Shown here in pieces: positions 31,256-40,804 of a stretch of DNA of 43,238 nt. Location of the stretch: the sequence record DRR723986_6891. One strand, written 5' to 3'. Every line of letters begins with the position of its first letter. Positions within the stretch are counted from its first letter, which is position 1. A program made the translations under genes and the position numbers. Under the pieces are notes generated by a model. The model was not told where the DNA came from and searched no databases. It was given only the letters and a program-made list of their open reading frames with translations.

Positions 31256-31549
31256 ATGCGCAAGGACAAGGAAAAAGTACTGGACGAGGTCTGGACCGAA
31301 GACCACGTTCGCAGCTTTCTGGAGGTGAAGTCCTACGACGGCACCGATACGGATTTTCACGCCCTGCTCAAGGCCTACCAGAGCATGCGCGCCTCAGATT
31401 TTGAGCTGTTCGTGGGCTTCTTCCAGCAACAGGGGCGCAACGTGGCGGCTACCGATCGCGAAGGCCGAACCGTGCTGGACATTGTCTCCGAACACCGGCG
31501 CAGCGATGAGTACGCCGATATCCTGAAGCGCGCCGGCGGCGCTAGCTGA
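31256..31549 (+). CDS. PA4642-family conserved small protein, function unknown
   Basis: MRKDKEKVLDEVW...DFHALLKAYQSM...F..FV.FF...GRTVLD resembles this family as I recall it; SD GAGG upstream. Confidence 0.75.
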   Translation: MRKDKEKVLDEVWTEDHVRSFLEVKSYDGTDTDFHALLKAYQSMRASDFELFVGFFQQQGRNVAATDREGRTVLDIVSEHRRSDEYADILKRAGGAS

Positions 31550-32147
31550 GGTCGTAGGGCACCCGCCCCTTGAGAAAGCGCTCCCGGTTCTCCCGCTTCT
31601 TTTCCTCGCTCTTACGCAGCAATACATAGACCGCGCCAGTGCCCCCATGCCGGGGCTGCGCACTGTGAAAGGCCTGTACCGGTTCAAGCTGGCGCAGCCA
31701 GTGGTCGGCGCAACCCTTGAGCAGCGAACTGCGCTCACGCTCCGGTTTGCTCTCGCCCTTGCCGTGAATCAGCAGGACACTGCGCAGGCCAAGACGACAG
31801 GATTCCTCGATAAACTCAAACAGCTCGCTGCGGGCCCGCCTCGCGGTCATCCGGTGCAGGTCCAGCCGGGCCTCATGCTCATAGCGGCCCTGCTTGAGCT
31901 TGCGAAAAACGCCGTTCTGCACGCCCGGGCGCTTGAATTCCAGCACATACCAGGGATCCAGGGGCTCGATGCCTTCCTCCGCCAGGATATTGCGATCGGC
32001 ACCAGGTAGTGCCTGTGCGGCCCGCCGACGCTCCTCAACCGAGCTGTCACGGTCCGGCTTCGGATTGCCCCGCACGCCGGCCCGCGGCTCGCGCTTCAGG
32101 GGCACCACGTCGGACATCTCTTCCATAAACAGTTTGTCATCAGTCAT
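31542..32147 (-). CDS. smrA: Smr-domain protein, SmrA (YdaL)-like
   Basis: MTDDKLFMEEMSDVVPLK, RPGVQNGVFRKLKQG, LDLH, IHGKG, HGGTGAVYVLLRK and a KKRENRERF tail; ATG 32147. Confidence 0.88.
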   Translation of the reverse strand: MTDDKLFMEEMSDVVPLKREPRAGVRGNPKPDRDSSVEERRRAAQALPGADRNILAEEGIEPLDPWYVLEFKRPGVQNGVFRKLKQGRYEHEARLDLHRMTARRARSELFEFIEESCRLGLRSVLLIHGKGESKPERERSSLLKGCADHWLRQLEPVQAFHSAQPRHGGTGAVYVLLRKSEEKKRENRERFLKGRVPYDLS

Positions 32148-32219
32148 GTTGTCGATACCGGGTGCCGCGGAGGGGATAGTATAATGCAAGCGTGAATCTC
32201 CCCGGGAGGTAGCAGGATC

Positions 32220-32429
32220 ATGACAGCAGACCAGCAGGACCAATGCCCCCTGTGCGGCAAGGACAACCACTGCGCCATGGCTGCGGGCAAGGACGTTGCC
32301 GCTTGCTGGTGCGTTGCCGAGCACTTCCCGCCGGAGCTGCTCGCTGCCGTGCCGCCCGAAGATCGCAATCGCCGCTGTATCTGCGGGACCTGTGTAGAGC
32401 AATACGGAGGAACATCCCTTGCGAGGTAA
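32220..32429 (+). CDS. Cysteine-rich CWC family small protein
   Basis: CPLCG..NHC...CWC...CICGTC pattern (8 Cys in 69 aa); SD AGGA. Confidence 0.85.
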   Translation: MTADQQDQCPLCGKDNHCAMAAGKDVAACWCVAEHFPPELLAAVPPEDRNRRCICGTCVEQYGGTSLAR

Positions 32430-33153
32430 TGTCGTCACCGGCGCCGGCTACGTGATGGAAGGCGCCAAAATGCTGAGTCACCCATCGCTGCGCCTGTTTG
32501 TCATCATACCGCTGCTGGTCAATGTCATCCTGTTCGGCACCCTGATCGGCTTCGGCCTGAGCTACCTGTTCGCGGTAATCGACCAGTGGCTGGGCTGGAT
32601 CCCGGAGTGGCTGGGTTTCATCGAGTGGATCATCTGGCCAGTGGTCGGGCTCACCGTGAGCCTGGTGACCGGTTATGCCTTCACCGCCGTGGCCCTGATA
32701 ATCGCCTCACCGTTCAACGCCCTGCTGGCCGAGAAAGCCGAGGAGTTGATCACCGGCCGACCGGTGGATGCGCTGGAGGGACTGGGCCCCGCGCTGATGG
32801 CCATGCCCCGGGGCATCCTGCGGGAACTGGCCAAACTGCTCTACTACCTGCCCATGGCGGCGTTCGTGCTGCTGGTCAGTTTTCTTCCCGGGATCAACAT
32901 CGTCGCACCGATTCTCTGGTTCTTGCTCGGCGCGTGGATGATGAGCATCCAGTTCGTGGATTATCCGATGGATAACCACCAGCTGAGCTTCGCTGATGTG
33001 AAGGAAGCGGTGCGCCGGCGGCGCCTGAGCAGCATGGGCTTCGGCGGGGTGGTCGCCCTGTGCGCCGGCATTCCGATCGTGAACTTCTTTATCGTCCCAT
33101 CGGCAGTGGTTGGCGCTACCCTGCTGTGGTGCAGGGAGCTGGCTGACGCCTGA
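32419..33153 (+). CDS. cysZ: CysZ (EI24 domain) sulfate transport/cysteine biosynthesis protein
   Basis: LRLFVIIPLLVN, IASPFNALLAEKAE, IQFVDYPMDNH and PSAVVGAT; TTG start with SD GGAGG. Confidence 0.92.
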   Translation: MRGNVVTGAGYVMEGAKMLSHPSLRLFVIIPLLVNVILFGTLIGFGLSYLFAVIDQWLGWIPEWLGFIEWIIWPVVGLTVSLVTGYAFTAVALIIASPFNALLAEKAEELITGRPVDALEGLGPALMAMPRGILRELAKLLYYLPMAAFVLLVSFLPGINIVAPILWFLLGAWMMSIQFVDYPMDNHQLSFADVKEAVRRRRLSSMGFGGVVALCAGIPIVNFFIVPSAVVGATLLWCRELADA

Positions 33154-33154
33154 G

Positions 33155-34561
33155 CTAGCGCAGCAGCTCTTCTGGCGGGTGGGTACAGTCCAGCTTCGCG
33201 CCGAGCAGGGCTTCCAGGTCGGGTAGCAGGAAGGCGTCGTCCTCGCTGGCAAAGCTGATGGAGGTGCCGGTAGCGCCGGCACGACCGGTACGCCCGATCC
33301 GGTGCACGTAATCCTCCGGGTCCTCAGGCAAATTGTAATTCACCACATGACTGACACCGTCCACATGGATGCCGCGCCCGGCGACATCGGTGGCAACCAA
33401 CACCTTGATTTCACCGTTCTTGAACTGCTCCAGGGTGCGGGTGCGCTTGGCCTGGGGAATCTCGCCTGACAGGATGCCGCAGGACACCCCCGAGCGGCGC
33501 AGGCGTTCATGCAGGCGACGCACCTGGTCACGGCGATTGGCGAACACAATCACGCTGCTGGCGTCCGGACTGCGGATCAGGTTGTTCAGCACCCGGTAGC
33601 GCTGCTCGCTGCTAACCAGATAGACCTTCTGGTCTACCGAATCGGTCGCCACGTGCTCCGGCTCAATCTCCACCGTGATCGGCTGGTAGGTCCACTGCTG
33701 GGACAGGTTAATGATGTCCTGGGTGAACGTAGCGGAAAACAGGAGGGTCTGGCGGTGGTCTTTCTGCGGGGTAGCACGGACGATGCGCTTGACCTGGGGG
33801 ATAAAGCCCATGTCCAGCATCCGGTCCGCCTCGTCCAGCACCAGGATTTCCACCCGGTCCAGGAACAGGTCGCGTCGACCCATAAAGTCGAGCAGACGTC
33901 CCGGGGTGGCCACCACCAGGTCAACTACCTCGTTGGTCAGCCGGTTGAGCTGTTTCTGGTAATCCATGCCACCGATCAGGGTCGCGAACTTGAGCCCGGT
34001 GTGCTTGCCGAGGTCGGCGGCGTCTGCCGCAATCTGCATCACCAGCTCCCGGGTCGGCGCGATCACCAGGGCACGCGGCTCACCGAGGAAGCGCTCGCCC
34101 TCGTGCGGATTGTTCAGCAGGTCGTTGAAAATCGTAATCAGGAACGCCGCGGTCTTGCCGGTGCCGGTCTGCGCCTTGCCGATCGCATCGTGGCCCTGCA
34201 GGGTGTGCGGCAGGATAGCGCCCTGGATGGGCGAACAATACTTGAAGCCCAGTTCGGCAACGCCGCGCATGATCTCATCGCGCAGGCCCAGGTCGTGAAA
34301 GCGTACCTTGCCCTCTTCCGGCTCAACCTGGAACTCGTCCAGACTCCAGGCCTGCTTGCTGGCGGCGGGCTTTTCCTTACGCTGCCGCTGGCGTCCGGAT
34401 TTTTTCGGCGCACCCTGGGGACGCTTATCCGGCTCGCGCTGGGCAGCGCCGCCGTCGGGGCTGGCGCTTTTCGGCGCCGCTTCCCGGTTGGGGGCCGACC
34501 GCGGCGCCTGCTCAGGCGCTGCCGCTTTACCCGTCAGCCGTCCAACTAGACTCTTGATCAA
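33155..34561 (-). CDS. rhlB: DEAD-box RNA helicase RhlB
   Basis: Q motif (CSPIQ), [21 protein letters not shown] and [11 protein letters not shown]-terminal LIKSLVGRL and ISFASEDD resemble Pseudomonas RhlB. Start probably TTG 34561 (SD AGGA); alternative 34585. Confidence 0.88.
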   Translation of the reverse strand: MIKSLVGRLTGKAAAPEQAPRSAPNREAAPKSASPDGGAAQREPDKRPQGAPKKSGRQRQRKEKPAASKQAWSLDEFQVEPEEGKVRFHDLGLRDEIMRGVAELGFKYCSPIQGAILPHTLQGHDAIGKAQTGTGKTAAFLITIFNDLLNNPHEGERFLGEPRALVIAPTRELVMQIAADAADLGKHTGLKFATLIGGMDYQKQLNRLTNEVVDLVVATPGRLLDFMGRRDLFLDRVEILVLDEADRMLDMGFIPQVKRIVRATPQKDHRQTLLFSATFTQDIINLSQQWTYQPITVEIEPEHVATDSVDQKVYLVSSEQRYRVLNNLIRSPDASSVIVFANRRDQVRRLHERLRRSGVSCGILSGEIPQAKRTRTLEQFKNGEIKVLVATDVAGRGIHVDGVSHVVNYNLPEDPEDYVHRIGRTGRAGATGTSISFASEDDAFLLPDLEALLGAKLDCTHPPEELLR

Positions 34562-34597
34562 AACTCTATTCCTGTCGCTGTTCAAAAAAGGCGCGCT

Positions 34598-34606
34598 AGT
34601 CTAACA
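34598..34606 (-). promoter_or_regulatory. Extended -10 promoter of rhlB
   Basis: The minus strand reads TG-T-TAGACT followed by GC-rich agcgcgcc. Confidence 0.55.
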
Positions 34607-34627
34607 CCTTTACCGCAGCGAAGCGCG

Positions 34628-34636
34628 TTATCCACA
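34628..34636 (+). promoter_or_regulatory. Perfect DnaA box
   Basis: TTATCCACA in the DoxX-rhlB intergenic region. Confidence 0.55.
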
Positions 34637-34663
34637 GGGCCCACTTTGCCGGCGCAAACCCTG

Positions 34664-35254
34664 TCAGGCATTCGGCGGAAACAGCCGGCCGAGGTAGTAA
34701 TCCGCGCTGGTATAGCGGCCACCGCCAGTGAACAGCAGGGTAAGCAGCATCACCAGATAGGTAACACCGAACTCGATCCCGTTATTGAGGATCACCAGGC
34801 TGCCTTTCTCGGTGAGCCAGCTGTAGTTGCCATGCTCACGCAGGATATCCCTGGCGGCTCCCAGCCGCACAGCCACATCCTGGGCGCTGGAATCGGCAAT
34901 CGCGGCCCAGCCGTTGCCCCAGTGCACCGCAAAAATCGCCACCAGCATGGTGACAATCAGGGGAATCGATATCCAGCGGGTGGCGAGCCCGATCAGCAGC
35001 AGCAGGGCGCCAATGGCTTCGGTGTAAGCGGCGAGATAGGCCAGCAGGGTGGGAAACGGCAGGCCCAGACCCCACTCGGCATTGCCGAACCATTCGATAG
35101 TGCTGTCGATACCGGCAATCTTCTGCGTGCCGGCCATCCAGAATACCGGCACCAGGTAAAGGCGCAGGGCCAGCGGCGCGAGCCCATCCAGATGCTGCAG
35201 ACGGGGAAATATTGCCCTGTGTATGGTGTAATACCACTCTGCTAGAACCTTCAT
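34664..35254 (-). CDS. DoxX-family membrane protein (HvfX-like)
   Basis: LALRLYLVPVFWMAG, WFGNAEWGLGLPFP, TEAIGALLLLIGLATR, VHW.NGW, HGNYSWLT and NNGIEF...GGGRYTSAD; ATG 35254. Confidence 0.88.
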   Translation of the reverse strand: MKVLAEWYYTIHRAIFPRLQHLDGLAPLALRLYLVPVFWMAGTQKIAGIDSTIEWFGNAEWGLGLPFPTLLAYLAAYTEAIGALLLLIGLATRWISIPLIVTMLVAIFAVHWGNGWAAIADSSAQDVAVRLGAARDILREHGNYSWLTEKGSLVILNNGIEFGVTYLVMLLTLLFTGGGRYTSADYYLGRLFPPNA

Positions 35255-35339
35255 AAAAATTACTCTGTGTGTGGTGTCAATGTGACAGCGGTCGTATGAA
35301 AAAGTTTTGCCGACACTGCCACTGGCCTCGTCCCAAGCA

Positions 35340-36749
35340 GTGAACCCGACTACCCCCAAACCCGCGACATCCGCAGTCGCCGAGGTGCGCGCCCTGGTGA
35401 GCATCGCCTGGCCCATGTTCATTGCGCAACTGGCGCAAATGGGCACCGGGGTGGTGGATACCATCATGGCCGGACGCTACAACGCCGTTGATCTCGCCGC
35501 GATTGCCATAGGCTACAACATCTGGCTGCCCATCTACCTGTTCTTTGTCGGGGTAATGCTCGGCGCCACCGCCATTGTGGCCCAGGACTTCGGGTCCGGT
35601 CGCCTGCAGCGCATTCGCGACACCTTGCCCCAGGCCCTGTGGCTCGCTTTCGGCATCGGCCTGCTCGCCGGCCCGATGTGCTATTTCAGCGGCCCCCTGC
35701 TCGGTCCCCTGGGGCTGGATGCCGGGGCGCAGGCCAAGAGCAGCGCCTACCTGCAGGCGGTAGCCTTCGGAATGCCGGCGGCGGCCCTGTTCCAGGCCCT
35801 GCGCTGTCACACCCAGGGGATCGGCATCATGCGCCCGTTTGCCCTGGCCAGCGTGGTCGGGTTCTTCGCCAATATCCCGCTTAATTACGCCTTTATCTAC
35901 GGTCACTGGGGAGCGCCTGAACTGGGCGCCGCCGGCTGTGGCTGGGCTACGGCGATTTCCATGTGGCTCGGCCCACTGCTGATCGTGTTCTACATGGCCC
36001 AGGCGCGGGCCCTCAAACCCTACCTGCCACCACTGCGCTGGGTGCGACCCGCCTGGGCCCGGATCGGGGAAATCGCCCATGTAGGGATACCCATCGGCCT
36101 GACCTTCTTTCTTGAGTTTGCCGTGTTCTCGGTGATCGGCCTGATGATCGCCACCCTGGGCAATGCCGCGATCGCCTCCCACCAGATCGCATTCAATATC
36201 TGGGACGTGGTCTACATGCCCTTGATCAGTATCGGCTCCGCGATGGCGACCCGGGTGGGCCACGCTATCGGCGCGGGCGATCGGCGTGGAGTGCACCTGG
36301 CAGTGCAATGCGGCAGCTGTATCAGCCTGCTGATCGCACTGCTGATCATGCTGGTGCTGGTGCTATTCCCGGAGGCTATTGTGCAAGCCTATACCCGGGA
36401 TGAGGACATCCTCGACATGGCCCTTGGCCTGATCAGGATGGCGGCCTTCTTCATCGTCATTGACGCGATCCAGGTTGCCGCCTCCTTCCCACTCCGGGCC
36501 TTCAAGGACACCCGCTTCCCCTTCCTGGCGATGTGCATTGCCTACTGGATGGTGACCCTGCCCCTGGGTTACTGGTGGGGTCTGGAACTGGCAGAAACCC
36601 CGACCGAGGGCACCCTGGGCTTCTGGAAGAGCATGATTATCGGTATCAGTGTGGCCAGCGTGTTGGTGGTCTGGCGCCTGGTGCGCACCTTGCGCAAGCC
36701 ACTGCCACCCCCCTCCAGCGCACAGCAGCCGGGTCTGGCCACCGGCTAA
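35340..36749 (+). CDS. MATE-family efflux transporter (NorM/PmpM-like)
   Basis: AQLAQMGTGVVDTIMAGR, NIPLNYAFIYG...PELGAAGCG, IASHQIA and RVGHAIGAG; about 12 TM. Start uncertain (GTG 35340 or TTG 35307). Confidence 0.92.
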   Translation: MNPTTPKPATSAVAEVRALVSIAWPMFIAQLAQMGTGVVDTIMAGRYNAVDLAAIAIGYNIWLPIYLFFVGVMLGATAIVAQDFGSGRLQRIRDTLPQALWLAFGIGLLAGPMCYFSGPLLGPLGLDAGAQAKSSAYLQAVAFGMPAAALFQALRCHTQGIGIMRPFALASVVGFFANIPLNYAFIYGHWGAPELGAAGCGWATAISMWLGPLLIVFYMAQARALKPYLPPLRWVRPAWARIGEIAHVGIPIGLTFFLEFAVFSVIGLMIATLGNAAIASHQIAFNIWDVVYMPLISIGSAMATRVGHAIGAGDRRGVHLAVQCGSCISLLIALLIMLVLVLFPEAIVQAYTRDEDILDMALGLIRMAAFFIVIDAIQVAASFPLRAFKDTRFPFLAMCIAYWMVTLPLGYWWGLELAETPTEGTLGFWKSMIIGISVASVLVVWRLVRTLRKPLPPPSSAQQPGLATG

Positions 36750-36758
36750 GCGCCTGGA

Positions 36759-37514
36759 TTAGCGGGCAAGGTGGCCGCAGTCCGGACAGTCTCCGCGTGG
36801 TGCCAGTGCGAGGCGTTGAACCTGCGCGGTGCGAAGATCCAGCACCAGCAGGGCGCGGTACAAAGGCTCGCCGAATCCCGCCAGCACCTTGATCGCCTCC
36901 ATCGCCTGCAAACTGCCGAGCACCCCCACTACCGGAGCAAGCACACCGCTTTCCCGGCAGCTCAGGGCCGTGGCCTGGCCCTGCTCCGGGTACAGGCAGC
37001 GATAGCAGGGGCCGCCAAGCGCAGGATGGAATACCGACAGCTGGCCCTCGCTGCGCACCGCCGCCGCTGACACCAGGGGCAGGCCGCGCGCGATACAGGC
37101 GCGATTCAGGGCGAACCGCACCGGGTAGTTATCGGTCGCGTCCACCACCAGGTCGATGTCCCGCAGTGCCTCGTCGAGATTGGCGTCATCGATTGACTGT
37201 TCCAGGACCGCGACGTCGATCAGGCTGTTCAGGGCCCGCAGGCTGGCGGCGGCGGAGGCCGCCTTGTTGCGACCGATATCCGCCTCACCGTGGGCTACCT
37301 GGCGCTGCAGGTTACTGAGTTCGACCTGATCGCCATCGGCCAGCAACAGCCGGCCGACCCCAGCCGCGGCGAGGTACAGTGCCGCCGCCGAACCGAGCCC
37401 GCCCAGCCCGACCACCAGCACCGCAGCGTGCTGCAAGCGTTCCTGGCCGACCAGGTCGAATTCATCGAGCAGCAGCTGCCGCGAGTAGCGCTCCAGTTCC
37501 TTGTCATCAAGCAC
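36759..37514 (-). CDS. moeB: MoeB/ThiF-family adenylyltransferase
   Basis: RYSRQ, VGLGGLG, SNLQRQ, DATDN, CYRC...C and CPDC; GTG 37514 overlaps the prmC stop; prmC-moeB synteny as in Pseudomonas. Confidence 0.9.
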   Translation of the reverse strand: MLDDKELERYSRQLLLDEFDLVGQERLQHAAVLVVGLGGLGSAAALYLAAAGVGRLLLADGDQVELSNLQRQVAHGEADIGRNKAASAAASLRALNSLIDVAVLEQSIDDANLDEALRDIDLVVDATDNYPVRFALNRACIARGLPLVSAAAVRSEGQLSVFHPALGGPCYRCLYPEQGQATALSCRESGVLAPVVGVLGSLQAMEAIKVLAGFGEPLYRALLVLDLRTAQVQRLALAPRGDCPDCGHLAR

Positions 37515-38337
37515 GCCAATGCCCCCCGCTGATTCGCTCCAGCCCGGCCAGATCGCAGCGGGTTTGCACCTCGCCGAAGCCGGCCTCGCTGAGCAGGCTG
37601 CGGACGGCAGCACCCTGTCCGGCGCCATGTTCCAGCAGCAGGTAGGCGTCACTGCGCAGATAGCCGGATGCGCCCGCGATAATGCGCCGCAGGTCGGCCA
37701 GCCCGCCCTCCTGTGCCACCAGTGCAGCACCCGGTTCGAAACGCAGGTCACCCTCTGCAAGATGGGTGTCGGCGGGTGCGACGTAGGGTGGGTTACTGAC
37801 GATAAGGTCAAACTCAGCCGCTTCGACGGCCGCGTACCAGTCCGACACCATGAAGCGCACATTGCCCAGACCCAGGCGATCGCCGTTGCCCTGCGCCTGG
37901 GCCAGTGCCTGCTCACTGGCATCCACCGCGAGCAGCTGCCATGCGGGACGTTCGCTCGCCAGCGCCAGGGCGATCGCACCGGACCCGGTGCCCAGGTCGA
38001 GCACGGTCGCGGTGGGAGGCAGCGGCAATTGCAGGGCCCACTCCACCAGGGTTTCTGTTTCCGGTCGGGGGATCAGGGTGTGTTCATCGACCGCCAGGGT
38101 CAGCGACCAGAATTCGCGCTCACCGGTCAGGTAGGCCACCGGCATTCCCCGGCGTCGCTCGGCCAGCAATTGCCGGTACTGCTGGAGCGCGGATTGCTCT
38201 ACCTCGGCTTCCGGCCAGGCGTAGAGCCAGCTGCGGTTTTTGTGCAGGGCGTGGCAGAGGAGGATTTCTGCGTCGCGTCGGGCGCTGTCGCCGGGCAGGT
38301 CCGCCGCCTCGCGCAACAGCTCGCGCACGCTGGCCAT
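37507..38337 (-). CDS. prmC: Release factor glutamine methyltransferase
   Basis: TLIPRPETETLVE, LDLGTGSGAIA, SNPPY and RFEP; TGATG coupling with prfA. Confidence 0.97.
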   Translation of the reverse strand: MASVRELLREAADLPGDSARRDAEILLCHALHKNRSWLYAWPEAEVEQSALQQYRQLLAERRRGMPVAYLTGEREFWSLTLAVDEHTLIPRPETETLVEWALQLPLPPTATVLDLGTGSGAIALALASERPAWQLLAVDASEQALAQAQGNGDRLGLGNVRFMVSDWYAAVEAAEFDLIVSNPPYVAPADTHLAEGDLRFEPGAALVAQEGGLADLRRIIAGASGYLRSDAYLLLEHGAGQGAAVRSLLSEAGFGEVQTRCDLAGLERISGGHWRA

Positions 38338-39422
38338 CAATGCTCCGACAGCGCAGCCAGCTGGTCCGCCTGGTGTTCCTGGCGCAGCGGCCCCACCACC
38401 GAGTCAAGTTCGCCTTCCATCACCTCATCCAGCTTGTACAGGGTGAGATTGATGCGGTGGTCCGTTACCCGGCCCTGGGGGAAATTGTAGGTGCGGATAC
38501 GATCGGAACGATCGCCGGTGCCGACCAGGTTGCGCCGTTCCTCCGCCTGCTCGGCGGCCTGCTTATCCTGGGCAGTGGTTAACAGCTTGGCCTGCAGCAG
38601 TGACATGGCCCGCGCCCGGTTCTTGTGCTGGGAGCGCTCGTCCTGGCATTCCACCACGATACCGCTGGGCAGGTGGGTGATCCGCACGGCGGAATCGGTC
38701 TTGTTGACATGCTGGCCGCCAGCGCCGGAGGCGCGGTAGGTGTCGATCCGCAGGTCACCCTTGTTGATATCCACCTCGTCCAAATCCTCGGCCTCGGCCA
38801 TCACCGCGACGGTACAGGCGGAAGTATGGATACGACCCTGGGACTCGGTCTCGGGGACCCGTTGCACCCGGTGTGCGCCGGACTCGAACTTCAGGTGCGC
38901 GTATACATCCCGCCCCTCGACCCGGGTAATGATTTCCTTGAAGCCACCGTGCTCGCCCGGCCGCTCCGACAGGACCTCCATCTTCCAGCCCTTGTGTTCG
39001 GCGAAGCGGCTGTACATACGAAACAGGTCGCCGGCAAAAATCGCCGCCTCGTCGCCGCCGGTACCGGCGCGAATTTCCAGGAACACGTTGTGGGAGTCAC
39101 GCGGATCACGGGGCAGCAGCAGTGCCTGCAGCTCAAGCTCCAGTACCTCGAGCCGCTCGTTGCCGCTGTCCAGCTCCTCCTGCGCCATCTCGCGCACGTC
39201 GGGGTCCGCATCCTCGAGCATGCCGCGGGCATCCTCGAGGTCGGCCCTGACCTGGCTGTAGTCGGCGTAGCAGCGCACCAGCGTTTCCAGTTCAGAATAC
39301 TCCCGGGACAGGTCGCGGAAACGGTTCTGGTCGGCGATAGTTTCGGCATCACCCAACAGCGCGGCAACTTCCTCGTGCCGTTCAGCCAGGGTTTCCAGTT
39401 TACTCAGCAGGGAGGCTTTCAC
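38337..39422 (-). CDS. prfA: Peptide chain release factor 1
   Basis: [17 protein letters not shown] (PxT), GAGGQHVN and [14 protein letters not shown]. Confidence 0.98.
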   Translation of the reverse strand: MKASLLSKLETLAERHEEVAALLGDAETIADQNRFRDLSREYSELETLVRCYADYSQVRADLEDARGMLEDADPDVREMAQEELDSGNERLEVLELELQALLLPRDPRDSHNVFLEIRAGTGGDEAAIFAGDLFRMYSRFAEHKGWKMEVLSERPGEHGGFKEIITRVEGRDVYAHLKFESGAHRVQRVPETESQGRIHTSACTVAVMAEAEDLDEVDINKGDLRIDTYRASGAGGQHVNKTDSAVRITHLPSGIVVECQDERSQHKNRARAMSLLQAKLLTTAQDKQAAEQAEERRNLVGTGDRSDRIRTYNFPQGRVTDHRINLTLYKLDEVMEGELDSVVGPLRQEHQADQLAALSEH

Positions 39423-40804
39423 TGCAAGGTGCGATCCTGGTCCGGACGGATGCCCTCGGCACCGGCCGCGGGTGCGGCGGTCTCTGCAGCATCATCATCG
39501 TCGTCGGTCTCGCGACTGTCGAGAGCGAAGGCGCGGGAATCCTCAAGCCCAAGCAGCTTGCGGGCGCCGCTCAGCAGGTCCTGTCGCCCGGCGGCACTGG
39601 CCGCCTTGAGCCCGGCGGTGGGGGCGTGAATGAGCTTGTTGGTGATGGCGCGGGCGAGTTGCGCGGCGACCTGCTGGGGGTCGTCACCGCGGGCGATAGC
39701 CCGCAGGGCGCGATCCAGTTCCTCCTGGCGCACCCGCTCAGCCATACCGCGGTACTCGCGCACCGTGTCGACAGCGGCGAGGCTGCGAGTCTCGGCGATC
39801 AGTTCGCCGATTCCCCGCTCAATAATCTGGTCGGCCTTGCGCGCCTCGGACTGCCGGGTGCGCAGGTTCTCGTCCACGATTTCTCTCAGGTCATCTACCG
39901 AGTACAGGTAGACGTCGCGCAGTTCACCGACCTGGGCTTCGATGTCCCGCGGCACGGCGATATCAACCATCAGCACCGGCCGGTGCTTGCGCGCCTTGAT
40001 CGCTTGCTCCACCGCACCTTTGCCGAGAATCGGCAACTGACTGGCGGTCGAGGTGATCACGATATCGGCGTTGAGCAGTTGCTCCGGGATTTCCGCCAAC
40101 AACACCGCCTCGGCGCCAAAGCGCTGGGCCAGTTCCCGGGCCCTGCCCAGGGTCCGGTTGGCGATGACGATGCGCTTGACCCCGGCATCGATGAGATGGC
40201 GGGCCACCAGTTCGATCGTCTCACCCGCACCAACCAGCAGTGCACCGCAGCTGCCGAGATCGGTAAAGATATGGCTGGCCAGGTCGACCGCCGCATAGGC
40301 GACAGACACCGGGTTCTCACCGATAGCGGTATCGGTACGAACTTTCTTGGCAATAGCGAAGGCGCGCGGAAACAGCCGCCCCAGTTCCGAACCGACAGTA
40401 CCGGCCTCACCGGCAACAGCATAGGCAGATTTCAGCTGGCCGAAGATCTGCGGCTCGCCCAGAACCATGGAATCCAGGCCTGCGGCCACCTGCACGATAT
40501 GCTGCAGGGCCGCCTCCGCTTCGAAGTGATAGGCCGACCGCCGCAGGTCTTCCGCCGACAGATGGTGGTAGTTCGCCATCCAGTCAATCAGCTCCATCGC
40601 CTTCTCGGCCGGCGCCACCCCTTCAGGAGAGATGGCATAGATTTCGGTACGGTTACAGGTGGAGAGCACCACCACTTCCTCGACCGATACTGCCTGACAG
40701 GCATCGACCAGGGCCTCGCTGACCTGCTCGGGCGCAAAGGCAACGCGCTCGCGCACCTCCACGGCAGCCGAGTTATGGTTGATCCCGAGGGCAATGAGGT
40801 TCAT
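39419..40804 (-). CDS. hemA: Glutamyl-tRNA reductase
   Basis: [37 protein letters not shown] and DIAVPRD; ATG 40804. Confidence 0.98.
   Translation of the reverse strand: MNLIALGINHNSAAVEVRERVAFAPEQVSEALVDACQAVSVEEVVVLSTCNRTEIYAISPEGVAPAEKAMELIDWMANYHHLSAEDLRRSAYHFEAEAALQHIVQVAAGLDSMVLGEPQIFGQLKSAYAVAGEAGTVGSELGRLFPRAFAIAKKVRTDTAIGENPVSVAYAAVDLASHIFTDLGSCGALLVGAGETIELVARHLIDAGVKRIVIANRTLGRARELAQRFGAEAVLLAEIPEQLLNADIVITSTASQLPILGKGAVEQAIKARKHRPVLMVDIAVPRDIEAQVGELRDVYLYSVDDLREIVDENLRTRQSEARKADQIIERGIGELIAETRSLAAVDTVREYRGMAERVRQEELDRALRAIARGDDPQQVAAQLARAITNKLIHAPTAGLKAASAAGRQDLLSGARKLLGLEDSRAFALDSRETDDDDDAAETAAPAAGAEGIRPDQDRTLQ

Noticed and set aside
32148..32438. N-terminal extension of the Smr ORF (also the extensions of the zapG, gatC, DoxX and TPR ORFs)
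   Set aside because: The Smr, zapG, DoxX and TPR extensions overlap divergent real genes and the gatC one runs through promoter DNA; family-like N-termini support the shorter starts.
37515..37979. 155-aa N-terminal extension of the MoeB ORF
   Set aside because: It lies in an alternative frame inside prmC; the recognisable MoeB starts at GTG 37514.
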